NCBI GenBank assembly: GCA_043228905.1
Contig: JBHGNT010000011.1
Coordinates: forward strand, 12,586,001 to 12,650,000
Source: Azolla caroliniana
Taxonomy: Eukaryota > Plantae > Polypodiophyta
Length of the DNA: 64,000 nucleotides
Reading direction: 5' to 3'
Program-made: the position numbers and the translations under genes
Shown here: positions 35,510 to 49,138 of the stretch, in pieces
Position numbering within the stretch: the first letter of the stretch is position 1
How the letters are laid out: each line of letters starts with the position of its first letter
The notes under the pieces: model-generated
Told to the model about the DNA's origin: nothing
The model's database searches: none
The model's input: the letters and a program-made list of their open reading frames with translations, nothing else

Positions 35510-38500
35510 ATTTCTTCCAAGCATGTTAGTAGAGTCTTCTCAACCCTAGTACAAGTTAGGACACCCAGTTGTCAACTTCAAGTCCAAGCCCTCTTAGATA
35601 CTGGAGCCAATTCTTGTTTCATGGATAGAGATTTTGCCCAAAAACACCAAATATCCTTGCATACACTTCCTTGTCCAGTTTCCGTAGTAATGATTGGTGG
35701 ACGCCCCATAGCTTCCAGGAAGATATTTGAAGAGTCTGAGCCAATACACATACTCTTGGGTGATTTTGGATGTGTAGTTTCCTTTAACATAATCCGTAGT
35801 CCTGAGCATCCAATTGTCCTCGGTTTGCCATGGTTCGAGCTACATAACCCTAGAATCGATTGGAGGAAGCGAGAAATTAGGTGCCCTTTAGCAGAAAATA
35901 TCATTGTCAAGGATCAAACTCGGGATTATCCTCCTAAAGTATATAGTTCTACCGATGCACCATATCCTTCTCATCAAATTTCCGCCATCACATTGCAACA
36001 ATTGTACTAAGTGGGAGGCAAGGAGGACCTTTTTCTTATTTGCAGTATCAGTGACACCTTCTAGTGTCACTCAAGGGAATTCAGACATCCAAATTCCCAA
36101 AAAATGTCAAGATTATGCTGATGTTTTCGACAAAGTCAAAGCTAGTGTTCTTCCAAAGCATCGGTCGTACGACTGTCCTATTGATCTCCAACTAGGAAAA
36201 GAGCCACCGTGGGGTCCAATTTACAATTTATCACCCACTGAGCTTGAGGTTCTTCGAGAATACATCGAGGAAAATCTTGTACATGGGTTTATTCGACATT
36301 CAAAGTCTCCAGCCGGTGCTCCTATCTTTTATGTGAAGAAAAAGGATGGCTCCCTTTGTTTGGTTGTGGACTATCGAGGCTTAAATAAAGTCACCATAAG
36401 GAATAGGTATGCTTTACCTTTAATCTCCAATCTCTTAGAACGCATTGGTGGGGCAAAGCATTTTACAAAAATTGATCTACGGGGTGCATATAATCTTGTT
36501 CGAATTCGGCCGGGAGATGAGTGGAAAACAACATTTCGTACTCGGTATGGTCATTTCGAGTATACAGTCATGCCTTTCGGGCTCACAAATGCACCTGCAG
36601 TATTCCAACATATGTCAAATGACATCTTCCGGGATTTCTTGGATATTTTTCTAATCATCTACCTAGATGATCAATTGATTTACTCTGAAACACAGGGGGA
36701 GCATGATATACATGTGCGGCAAGTACTTGAACGCCTAAGGAAGTATGGTCTTTATGCCAAACTTGAGAAATGTAGTTTTGATTGCAAACAAGTCGAATTT
36801 TTGGGATACACTATTTCATCCCAGGGTGTTTTCATGGACATGGACCCGGCAAAAGTCCAAACAATATTGGAATGGAAACCCCCATGCTCAGTTCGGGATG
36901 TCCAGTGTTTCCTCGGATTTGCGAACTTCTATCGCAAATTCATACATAATTATTCAAGCATTGTGTTGCCCCTTACTCAACTCACCAAGAAAAATCAAGC
37001 ATTTTTTTGGAGTATTGAAGCAGACAAGGCTTTTACGCAGCTGAAAGAGGCATTCACATCAGCACCCATCCTAGCACATATTGATCCTGAAAAGCCATTT
37101 ACTATTGAGGTAGATGCATCGGACTTTGCATTGGGGAGTATCCTATCGCAACCAGGTGAGGACGGGCAGACACATCCAATCACGTTTCACTCAAGAAAAT
37201 TTACTGTTTCGGAGATAAACTATGAGGTGCATGACAAGGAGTTACTAGCTGTGGTCGACTCATTTGAGCAATGGCATCATTTTCTAGAAGGATCACCTCA
37301 TCAGATTATCATTTATAGTGATCACAAAAATCTCACATATTTTCAAACAGCTCGAGTATTAAATAGACGCCAAGCTTGGTGGGCCCAATTTCTAACGCGT
37401 TTCAATTTCAAGATCATTTTTCGCCCCGGAAAACAACAAGGGAAAGCAAATGCTTTTTCTCGGCGTTCATATCTAGCACTTCGACCTGGAGATCCGGCCA
37501 TTGACAATCAAAAGCAAATTCTCCTCGGGCCATCAAAGCTACAGGTAACAACAATTTATGCCACACCACTTGATTCTACCCTTCTTGACACTATTCGGCA
37601 ACAACTTCATTCAGATGATTTCGCTAAGGATGTCTTAGCCCACTGTGGTTCAAGTCGTCCATCTTGCTCCACATTGCCAAGGTCATCTCAACATTATCAG
37701 GACTTCAAGTGGCAAGATGGCTTACTCTTCTACAAGAATCTCCTTTACGTCCCCGACGGATCACCCCGACTTTAAGTGTTGGAACATTGTCATGATGCCC
37801 CCATGGCTGGACATTTTGGTATTTCCAAGACCATTGAGCTGGTGAAACGTTCGTTTTGGTGGCCTCACTTGCAAAAATTTGTCGAAGATTATGTTCGCAC
37901 TTGTGACACTTGCTATCGCACCAAAATACCTCGGCATCACCCTAATGGCTTACTACAACCATTACCCCCTCCCAACAAGCCATGGCTGTCTATTTCTATG
38001 GATTTCATTACAGATTTTCCACCTTCCAAAGGCTTTGATACTATTTTAACAGTAGTGGATCGGTTCACCAAGATGGCACATTTTGTACCATGTGTAAAGA
38101 CCATCAATAGTGAAGAAACTGCAGATCTCATTATGTGTGAAGTGTTTCGCCATCATCGTCTCCCGAATGATATTATTAGCGATCGAGGTCCTCAATTTAT
38201 CTCACACTTTTGGAAGCACCTATGGGCAGGCCTCAAAATCTCTTCCAAACTCTCTTCAGCTTATCATCCACAAATTGATGGACAAATAGAGCGCACAAAT
38301 CAAATGCTCGAGCAATATCTTCAATGTTTCATTAGTTATCAACAAGATGATTGGAGTAATATTTTACATCTTGTTGAGTTTGCATGCAACAACACGGTCC
38401 ACTCTTCTACCAAAGTTACACCTTTCTTTGCCTACACTGGCAACCACCCTCGATGGTGTCTACTGGATCTTCCCGAGGTGTCACAAAACCCTAGTGCGGC

Positions 38501-39885
38501 GCATCACCTCCACCGACTACAACAAATCCAGTTCGAGTTATCATCACATCTTTAGAACGCGCAAGCATACCATAAGACCAATGATGATCGACATCGTCTT
38601 AAGTCTCCATTTAAGGTTGGTGACCGTGTATGGTTGCTTCGTCGTCACATCAAGACTACCCGACCGTGTGTTAAGCTTGACTATCAATGCTTAGGTCCTT
38701 TTGTCATCACGGCGCAGATTAATGATGCAACATTTCGTTTTAACCTTCCTGCACATATGCGGCTTCACCCTGTGTTTCATAGCTCTCTTTTGGAACCTTG
38801 TTGCACCTCTTTAATTCCTAATCGTGTCGTGCCACCACCGCCTTCTGTACAACTTGTGGACGGCCCCGAATACGAGGTAGCTGCTATTCTCGATTCTAAG
38901 ATTGTGCGCAATAAGCTTTATTATCTAGTTGATTGGCTCGGTTATCCTCCGAGTGATCGCACTTGGGAACCCATTGATAACGTTTGTAATGCTGAAGCTC
39001 TGGTCAACGACTTCCATCATCACTATCCAAACAAGCCCGGCCCAACAATGTTAACGCCGACTTCCACTCGGTGTTCTCGAAGGAAGGATAGTGTCATGAA
39101 CACATGACCATTATGGCGTCACCCGGACTTGAACCTCGAACCTTGTAATCCATACTTGAAAACCTCAACCATTAGGATAGCTTATTGTTATATGAAATAG
39201 TAAAAGCTACTTCTTGTATTACATTGATTATTGTAAAACCTCTAGATTATTCTAGAATGTTCTAGAATGTCCTAGATCATTACATATCTTGTATCCATTC
39301 TCTTTCTTTCTCTATTTTATACATCCATTCTTCTCTTAGTATTTCGTTCCTTTCTTCTCGTGTTCTCTAATATCCTTCTTCCATCACTCTATCTTTTATC
39401 CTTGGTTCTGACACCCAAGACGTTTTGGGCTGAGGCGCTGTCGACAGCGACGTATGTGATAAACAGATCACCCTCGGTGCCCTTGGATGGAGACACGTCG
39501 TAAAAGGTGTGGACCGGTAAGGAAGTGTCCTACTGGCATTTGAAGGTGTTCGGGTGTCTCACGTACGTGCATGTTGTTAAGGACCGGAGAGGAAAGTTGG
39601 ATCCAAAGACCTGGCCATGCATATTCCTCGGATACGGTGATGATGAGTTCGGCTACCGAGTGTGGGATCTGGTTGACAAGAAGGTTTTTCGGAGCCGAGA
39701 TATTATCTTCATGGAGGACAAGACTCTTGCCAATTGGGAGTCGAAGAAGAAGATAATGAACTCCGATGAGATTCGGACCCACACGGCTAAGAGCCGATTG
39801 ACACTCGAGGAACCAGCCGGTTACGATGAGGATACCGAACTGGCAGAAGAAGAAGTAGAGGAAGTTGAAACCGGAACCGGCCAAG

Positions 39886-40719
39886 CAAGGTTGTTAGGTA
39901 CTTTAGGTACGGTACGGATACCATACGTATTTAACGTATTAATACCCGTATAGTACCTCCCAATTTAAAAATACATTAAATACGTTTTCTTAATATGTTA
40001 AATACTTATAAAATATGTATTTTACGTATTTTACGTATAGTACGTTAAATACTTCTAGAATTTGAAAATTATTTACCTTTCTAAAAAATATCTATAATAT
40101 TGTAAAAAACATCTATGTTTACACAATTTTATGATGTACAATAATAGTTCTACATCCTAAAATGCATATAAGACATTTGAACATTTTACATCCTAAAATA
40201 CCTGTAGTAATATGGATGTCGACATTCCTTTATTCTATAAATCAGTGTAAGTGTGTATCATCACGATGTTCTACTTCAAATTGTAATTATTTACAATTAT
40301 GCCTTCATAGATTGAGGAATCGTTTACGATTATCACACTCATGATAGGTTTCTCTTTTCTTCGTTTTCTTCTTCTTCTTCTTCTATCTTCTGCGATTATC
40401 ACACTCAGGACAAGTTTATGTCTTCTTTTCTCTCTTCTTCTTCATCTTCTTCATCGTCGTCTCTTCTATTCTTCTTCCTTCCTTCCTCTGGCTTCTTTTT
40501 CACTAAAATATTTTTTTTCTTTTGCTTTTGGTTAGGGTTTTACTTACATTTTCTTTATAAATACGTATTATACCTGTTTTTTTATAAATACGTAAAATAC
40601 CGTATTGGACAAATGTACATGATATTTGATTAAACAACATTGAGGTATAGTACGTACTATACCAATGATGAGGTACTATACGTATTTAAACGTTAAATAC
40701 GGGTACGTAAACAACCATG
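39886..40719. mobile_element. Non-autonomous hAT-type element (MITE-like, 834 bp)
   Basis: 8-bp TSD CGGCCAAG (39878-39885, 40720-40727); TIRs CAAGGTTGTT/AACAACCATG; TACGTA-rich subtermini. Confidence 0.9.
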
Positions 40720-43513
40720 CGGCCAAGACCCCGAATCGGATTCGAATGAAGAACAAATAGAGGAGCCGGTTGCCGAAAGCCAAAGACGGAGATATCCTCT
40801 CAGAGAGAGAAGGCCCCCTTGGAGATTTCCGAATGCAGAGCATGTGCTGCTAACCGATGAGGGGGAGCTAGAAAGCTTCGAAGAAGCGAAGGATGACACC
40901 CATAGCCGCAAGTGGTTGAGTGCCATGCAGGACGAGATGGATGCCCTGCATGAGAACCACACGTATGAATTGGTGGAGTTGCCAAAAGGAAAGAGGGCAC
41001 TCCGAAACAAGTGGGTGTACAAGTTGAAACCGGGAGATGCCGGCAACCCTCCAAGGTACAAAGCCAGGATCGTGGTGAAGGGGTTCCAGCAGAAGAAGGG
41101 CGTGGACTTCGACGAGATATTTGCCCCGGTAGTAAAGATGACTTCCATCCGAACGGTGTCGAGCATAGTGGCAAGCATGGACCTCGAGGTAGAGCAGTTA
41201 GACGTGAAGACGACGTTCCTCCACGGCGACCTTGAAGAGGAGATCTACATGCAGCAACCGGAGGGATTTGTGAAGACCAAGTCAAGATACGGATGTTGAA
41301 GAAGGCCCTGAACCGAACCTTCTCAATGAACGACTTGGGTCTGGCAAGACAGATGTTGGGGATGCATATCATCCGAGACCAGCCAACGAAGCAATTGTGG
41401 TTGTCACAGGAGAAGTACGTGACAAAGGTGCTACAGCGGTTCAACATATCAGATGCGAAACCGGTTGGATCGACTCTTCCGGCAAACTGCAGGTTATCCG
41501 GTAAGCAAAGCCCAAAGACGAAGGCAGAGAAGGCAGATATGATGAAGATACCATATGCCTCTGCCGTCGGGAGCCTAATGTACGCAATGGTGTGTACCCG
41601 ACTAGATATCGGATATGCAGTCGGAGTGGTGAGCCGGTTTATGAGCAATCCCGGCAAGGAGCACTGGAATGCGGTAAAATGGATACTCCGATACTTGAAA
41701 GGCACCTCAAGTATGTGTCTCTGATTCGGCTCCGGTAAACCCCAACTTGACGGTTTCACCGATTCGGATATGTCAACTGATGTAGATACCAGCCAATCAA
41801 AATCCGGATATGTCATGACTCATAACATATGCGGGGGGAGCTGTTTCGTGGCAATCGAGGTTGCAGAAGACGGTTGCGTTGTCAACCACGGAAGCGGAGT
41901 ACATGGCGGTTGTAAAAGCCGGCAAGGAAATACTATGGATGAAGGACTTCATCGAAGAGCTAGGGATCCGGCAAGAGGAATACCGGCTCTATTGCGATAG
42001 TCAAAGTGCCATCCACCTTGCGAAGAACGCAGCGTATCATTCCAGGACGAAGCACATCCAACGGAGGTACCACTGGATTTGGGAGCGAGTAGAAGACCGA
42101 GAGTTCGTGCTGACGAAGATCCACATGGAGGAGAACGGGTCGGATATGCTGACCAAGGTGCTAACGCCTGACAAGCTAGACGCATGCCGGAAGGGGATCG
42201 GATTGACGAGGCATCCCATGCCAGAGTGAAGGGGGAGTTTGTTAGGATCTCGGTCCCTCCGGATGGGATACGAAGGCCCGACATCGGAAGACCCGGTGAG
42301 AACCGGATGTGGAGTACCCGGCAACGGAAGACCCGGTGAGAACTGGATGTGGAGTACCCAGAACCGGATGATGTAGACCCGGTGAGAACCGGATGACGAG
42401 TACCCGGCAAGGAAGACCCAATGAGAACCGGATGTTGCAGGCCCGGTGAGAACCTCTCACCGGATGAAGGGACATATACGTAGATATGTTTCTAAGAGCC
42501 CATTGGGGCTATATCTGTAAATAGACCTAATGTGATATTAGTATAAATGTGACCTAGGGCAAGCAGTGTTTTTTTTGGGGGGGGGATCATAGTTGTTGTT
42601 ATTATCTTTGTATAGTGTAATTGGTGTAACGACTGTACTAAGAGAGAGAGAGAGAGAGAGAGAGAGCGATACAGAGCATGTCTCTGTTGTAACCGCCGCC
42701 AGGCGAAGAGTTTGTGGACTCCCGCCGCCAGGTCGTTTCCTCTGCTCTCTGTTGTACTCCTTGACATAGTGATAGTTTGGAGTCTGTGGACTCCCGTGGT
42801 TTTTCCCTCTCAGGGTTTTCCACGTTAACATCCTGTGTATTCTCTTTCTGTTTGTGTACTTACCTCCATTCCCATTTCTTCTGTGTTTGGTTGTCATCAA
42901 GTGATCTACGCTTCGGTTGTGGTCAAAGATTATTCCGCATATTTCTCGTCAACCTTTCAGGTCTTGTTGGTCACAAAAATATTTCAAGGACTCGTGATCC
43001 GTAGTTACCACAAAACGATTTCCATAAAGATAACGGCGCCATGTTTTGAGCACGTGTATAACTGCAAATTACTCCTTTTCTTGAATGGTATACCGACATT
43101 GAGCAGAATCAAGTTTTTCTTACTCTCGAATGCTATTGGTTTACCATCTTGATATAAGACAACACCTATAGCATAATCGCTTGCATCGGTTTCAACCTCA
43201 AAAGGTTTTGAAGGATCATGTAAAAGAAGTGAAGGAGCCTTGCACACCAGGTCCTTGAGTTCCTTAAAGGCGAGGTCTAGTGTAGCATTCCAGACAATGG
43301 GTTTTGTAGACTTACGTGTTTGACCTTTTAGCAGATCAATAAACGGCGTCGTCAATTGGGAGTAATTATGAAGAAATTTTCGGAAAAACCCGACAAAACC
43401 AAAGAATGATCAAACTTCTCGAATATTCCGAAGAGTGGGCCAAAGCTTGATTTTCTCGATGCGAGAAGGATCAATTTCAACTCCTCGTTCGGTTATGAGA
43501 TGTCCAAGATAAG

Positions 43514-46500
43514 TGTTGTGAGACAAGCTCAACATCGGCCAGATCGGCTGAAGAAGCCGAGGACCGGATCGGCTGGGACCGATCGGTTAGGCCGAGTGCG
43601 TAAACCGAGAGGTCGTTAGGAAAGATATTCCGTGAGGAATATATTTGGGAGTTAGTGTAGGAGCTCTTAATAAGCATTGAAGTACTGTCAGTACTTCGAT
43701 CAGTCCTTCTAGGACTTGTATAAAAGTGCTCACTGAGCACGTCTTATGTACACACAGAGATTGAGTATTATTGTAAAATATAGTTCTTTGAGTTTCTCTC
43801 TCTGTCTCTCCCGCGTATACCGTGTAAGCTCAAGCTCTCCATTAAACCTGTGTTTCCTTCCTCTGTTCTGTCTTCATACCTGCTTCCGCACGCTACTTTC
43901 TACATGGTATCAGAGCGCGAGGGTTGAGAACCTCTCTGCAGCCGACACAGCTTGACGAAGAAGAACGAGAAGAACGATGGATAGAGGCATGGCGAGCTCG
44001 CTTCCAACAGAGAAGCTCGACAGAACCAACTACGCGTCTTGGTCCTACAAGATGCACCAGTACCTGCTCAGGCATGGCTACTGGAGTTATGTCGAAGGAG
44101 CTAATGACGCGGCACCCGAATCGACACACAAAGACTTCCCGTCGTGGGAGCAATCAGCGAGCAGGGTACTATACTGCTTCGCGTCGTGTGTGGGCGAACA
44201 ACTATTGAGCTATGTTCGGGATGCAAAGACGTCGAAGGGTGCGTGGGAAAATCTGAAGAAGATTTTCGCCGCAAGCACCACAGCCAGGAAGCTTCAGCTC
44301 CGACAGGAGTTGAGCAACCTACGACAACGCGACTTGTCGGTGGCAGACTATACCTCAAAGATCAAGGATATCTGCGACTCCCTCGCCTCCATAGAGGTGA
44401 ACATCGAGGAGAGCGAGATGGTCCAGATCTGTCTCGGAGGTTTGGCATCGAAGTTTGGAGTGTTCCGAACGGTTGTGTGTACCCGGGAGAATACGCCGTC
44501 CTTTTTCGACTTACAGTCGATGCTCCTGGTAGAGGAGAACCACGCGGGTGCGTCGACAAGCACGCACACCGACAGCAAGATGTTGTACACAGAGGGAGAA
44601 AGGCCCCGTGGTCGTGGCGGATGAGGCGAGTCAGTACGCAATGGAAGCGGCCAACGAGATCAAGGAAGAAGGCACCGAAGTGATGCCAACAGCAACTCTG
44701 GAACCTTCGGAAACAGGGGGAGTCGAAGCGATGAGAACCGGCAAGGGAAGGCCATCGCGGAGTGCTGGTATTGTGGCAAGAAAGGCCACAGGGAAAGTGA
44801 GTACTGGAAGAAGCGCGCCGATTCGGAGAGAACTGGTTCCGGGAACGGCTCCAGACATACCGACAAGGGAAATCGGCAGCGATCACACTACGCCCAAGAC
44901 TCTGGGAGAGCCGGAGAAGGGACTGCCTTCGTGACGAGACACGAAGCAAACTCAATGAAACAGAGCACCCCGAGATCGGACGAGGTGTGGTACGTAGACT
45001 CCGGCGCGTCAAACCACATGACGAGCCATAAGGAGTGGTTCTCGTACCTTGAAAAACCGATACAACCTGGAGTAGTCGCAACAGGAGACGACACTCCGCA
45101 TCCGATCGCGAATGTCGGAGAAGTTCCCATTAGCCATGTCGGGCAGAAAGGGAAACTCATGAACGTGTTGCACGTTCCGACAATCACGAAGAACTTGGTC
45201 TCGGTCGGACAGATCATCGACCAAGGAATGGAGGTTCGGTTTACACACCTCGGGTGCTTCATTGAGGAAGAAGGTCGTGTGATTGCGCAAGGGCGCAGAG
45301 ACGGGAGGATGTTCATCCTCGATTCCACTGACGGTGGCACCGCAATGTTCGCGAAGGGACAAAAGACCGAGTCGGACATCGACTTGTGGCACAAGCGGAT
45401 AGGCCACGTCAACTACCAGCGGCTTCAAGATCTGCAATCGAAACAGGTAGTGTTCGGATTTCCCAAGTTTAGTGGCCGAAGGGCACAAATTTGTGAAGCC
45501 TGCCAGCTCGGGAAGCAACACCGACTTCCTTTCCCCAACGAGTGAAACCGTAGCCGGAACAAGCTCGACCTTATACACTCGGATGTGTGGGGGCCAGCAC
45601 AAAACGTTAGTCTTGGCGGGAGCCGATATTTCGTCTCCTTCATCGACGACCACACGCGGCACACGTGGATCTACCTCATTGAGAGGAAGAGCGAAGTCTT
45701 CGACTGTTTCCGGGACCTCAAAGGGTTCGTGGAAGCCGAAACGGGACGAAAGATCAAGTGCCTGCGGTCGGATGGCAGGAAAGAGTACTTTTCCGGTCAA
45801 TTCAACGGCTATCTACAACAAATGGGAATTCGACGCGAATTCAGTTGTAGATACATGCCGGAACAGAACGGCGTAGCCGTGAGGAAGAATCGGTCAGTTG
45901 TGGAAGCGGCACGGGCAATGCTGGAGGAGAAGTGCTTGCCCAAGTTCTACTGGGCCGAAGCAGTAAGGACCGCGATATACATCTAGAACCGGATCGGAGA
46001 CAAAGTGTCAGCGCACGAGCTATATTTCGGAACGAAGCCAAACTTGCGACACTTGAGGGTGTTCGGTAGCATTGCATATGTGCATGTACCGAAGGAGAAG
46101 AGGAGGAAGCTGGACGCAAAGGCCGAGAAATGCATCTTGGTCGGTTACTCGGACGAGCAAAAGGGTTATAAGTGCTATAACCCTCGCACCAAACAAGCGC
46201 GTGCCAGCCGCGACGTTGTGTTTGACGAGTCCGCGTCCTGGTACCTGCCCCCGACTACGAACCTCGACTCCAATCCGAGTTCTGACGATGAGGTCAGCGA
46301 GGCCGAGATGCCTCCAGATGAGCCCGAAATCGAGACCCATGAAGAGAGTCTGATTTCACTCCGCTTAAGTGGACCGATTGGACGACTGAGTCGATACGAT
46401 CAGTCCGATAAAGAGCCAGCGAGTAGTGGAGACTCGGCCGTGCATTTCCCGCGCAGGAAGCCGAGGAGATGGCTGCGCAAAGAGAAAGGGAAGAAGAAGG

Positions 46501-49138
46501 TGTCGGATTCCGGTACGGAAAGGAACGAGTCAGACCGACGCAAGTCCGACTCCGAGGGAACCGGTGACGGGTCTTTAAAGGTGAAGACCGCATCGACCGA
46601 GAAGGCCTCGACATCGGCTAATGTGAGATTACGCCAATCTACCCACCAGAAGAACCCAGTTGTGTGGTTCGGATACAACGAGTACATGGCGCATCATTAT
46701 GCATACATGACCCGTGTAGCGGAAGTGCGTGAGCCGGAGAGCTACGCAGAAGCGGCTAAAGATGCGAATTGGCGTGCCGCGATGGAGGAAGAGATGCACG
46801 CATTGGCGGAGAACGAGACCTGGGACTTGGTTGACGCACCGAAGGGGGTAAAACCGATCGAGTGTAGGTGGGTGTACAAGGTCAAGTACAACACCGATGG
46901 CTCGGTCAACCGGTACAAGGCTCGGCTAGTGGCAAAGGGCTATACATAGAAACACGGCATTGACTACGATGACGACCGTCCGTGTTTTGCTGGCAGTAGC
47001 TGCGGCGAAGGGGTGGCACTTACATCAGATGGATGTAAAGAATGCGTTCCTGCAAGGTGACCTTGAGGAACAGGTGTATATGGTACAGCCCCCCGGATTT
47101 CACTCCGGAACGAACTCCTCGGCAGTATGCCGATTGAAGAAGTCCCTTTACAGATTGAAGCAAGCCCCACGTGCCTGGAACGCGAAGATCACGCAACAAC
47201 TGCGTCGGATGGGCTTCGTCACGTCAAAATCGGACTCTTCCCTGTTCATCCGGAAAGGTCGACTCGGACCGGTTAGTATTTTACTGTACGTTGATGACTT
47301 GGTCATCACCGGCGCCGACCAAGGTGAAATCGACCGCGTGAAGCTTCAGCATGCGGCATCGTTCTACATGAAGGATCTGGGGGACCTTCATTACTTCCTC
47401 GGGATCGAAGTGATCCGTACCCCCGAAGGCATATCGATCAGCCAACGTCATTACATGCTGAATATGCTCTTCAAACTCGAGATGGCCGACTGTAAGTCCA
47501 TCTCGACTCCTCTGGACAGAACCATCAAGCTTCGTCTGGATACGGGAAAGGTATGCGACCCGACGAAGTTTCGACAAATTGTCGGAAGCCTCATAGACTT
47601 GACCATCACCCGACCCGACCTCAGTTATCCGGTCGGGATGATCAGTCAGTTCATGGCGCCACCTACCGAGGAGCACCTTCAGTGTGCACAACGCATACTT
47701 CGGTATGTCAACGACACTAAGGACCGGGGACTGCTGTATCAGACCGGTGAAGTTGCGCAGTTAGTCGGCTACACTGATGTTGATTGGGCTGGCAACGCCG
47801 CTGATCGCCGATCCACGTCCGGATACGCATTCTCCCTCGGGAGTGCCGCGATCGCATGGAGCAGTAAGAAGCAGCCGACAGTTGCACTGTCGAGCACCGA
47901 AGCTGAATACCGAGGAGCGGCTGTCGCGACATGCGAAGCCATATGGTTGAAGCGGCTACTTAAGGACCTGCAAGAGGAGGTGTCAGATCCGACGACGATC
48001 TACTTCGACAACCTCAGCAGCATCCAGCTCGCGAAGAACCCCGTTTTCCATGCACGGACCAAGCACATTGAGGTGCACTACCATTTCGTTTGTGAGCGTG
48101 TCCTTTCCGGTGAAGTCGAACTTCAGTACGTGCCGACGGATCGGCAGACTGCCGACATCTTCACAAAGTCGCTTGGTCTAGACAAGTTGCGGCAATTCTC
48201 AGGTGCGCTCGGGTTGCGTCACCTTGACGTGCCGAACTTGAGGGGGAGAACAGTCCCGAACGACCAAGCAAAGCAGCCGGAAAGGAGCGGACACCGCGAC
48301 ACCGAGTCGGTTGTCGAGTTCGACATCGGATCGGCTGAAGAAGCCGAGGGCGGACCTGCGGAGAGGTTCGGAAGCAGACAGAAGGGGAGCAACCGAAGGA
48401 GAGAGCCGAAGCCAACCACGGATAGGGGAGATGACGCCATCGAGGGCGAGAAGACCGAAGACGAGTTGGAGACAGCCAACTCGGACGAGAGCGAAGACCG
48501 ATCGGAGGAAGCCGAGTCGGTTCGGATGTTTGATTCAGACACGCTGAATGAACCGAGGCCCAAGCGGAAGAAAAGGCAGCAGAAGAAGCGTCAACACCGC
48601 AACAACAGAAGAGCTAATGAGGGCCACATGAGCAGACAAGCCGACCGGAAGGGTCGAAGCGCGCGGAGTCGAACAGGTCGAGGAGCGCAAGCGAGGCGAG
48701 AAGCCAAGAGGAACCAGTGCTGTCAAGATCCCGAAGAGCCTCAAGTTGAGCTTGAGGGGGAGTGTTGAGAGACAAGCTCAACATCGGCCAAATCGGCTGA
48801 AGAAGCCGAGGGCCGGATCGGCTGGGACCGATCGGTTAGGCCGAGTGCGTAAACCGAGAGGTTGTTAGGAAAGATATTCCGTGAGGAATATATTTGGGAG
48901 TTAGTGTAGGAGCTCTTAATAAGCATTGAAGTACTGTCAGTACTTCGGTCAGTCCTTCTAGGACTTGTATAAAAGTGCTCACTGAGCACGTCTTATGTAC
49001 ACACAGAGATTGAGTATTATTGTAAAATATAGTTTTTTGAGTTTCTCTCTCTGTCTCTCCCGCGTATACCATGTAAGCTCAAGCTCTCCATTAAACCTGT
49101 GTTTCCTTCATACCTGCTTCCGCACGCTACTTTCTACA
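43514..49138 (+). mobile_element. Ty1/Copia element A2 (same family as A1)
   Basis: LTRs 43514-43904 and 48763-49138; TSD ATAAG; PBS 43905-43916; gag-pol 43977-48768 with a few stops. Confidence 0.97.

Larger units (their letters stand above)
33773..39413 (+). mobile_element. Tcn1-like chromoviral Gypsy element E
   Basis: LTRs 33773-34216 and 39092-39413; TSD CCCAA; gag 34283-35444, PR LLDTGAN, RT YLDD, RH, IN, chromodomain EYEVAAILDSK...YYLVDWLGYPPSDRTWEP; no tRNA PBS. Confidence 0.96.
31261..42951 (+). mobile_element. Ty1/Copia element C, host of E and a MITE
   Basis: LTRs 31261-31912 and 42240-42951; TSD ACCTT; PBS TGGTATCAGAGC 31916-31927; PPT GAAGGGGGAG; gag ATG 31944, PR WVVDSGASFH, IN, RT (internal deletion near 41272), RH ending 42229. 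Confidence 0.95.

Noticed and set aside
23666-49138. All three direct inserts in G are antisense to G
   Set aside because: Too few events; E lies in the same orientation as its host C.
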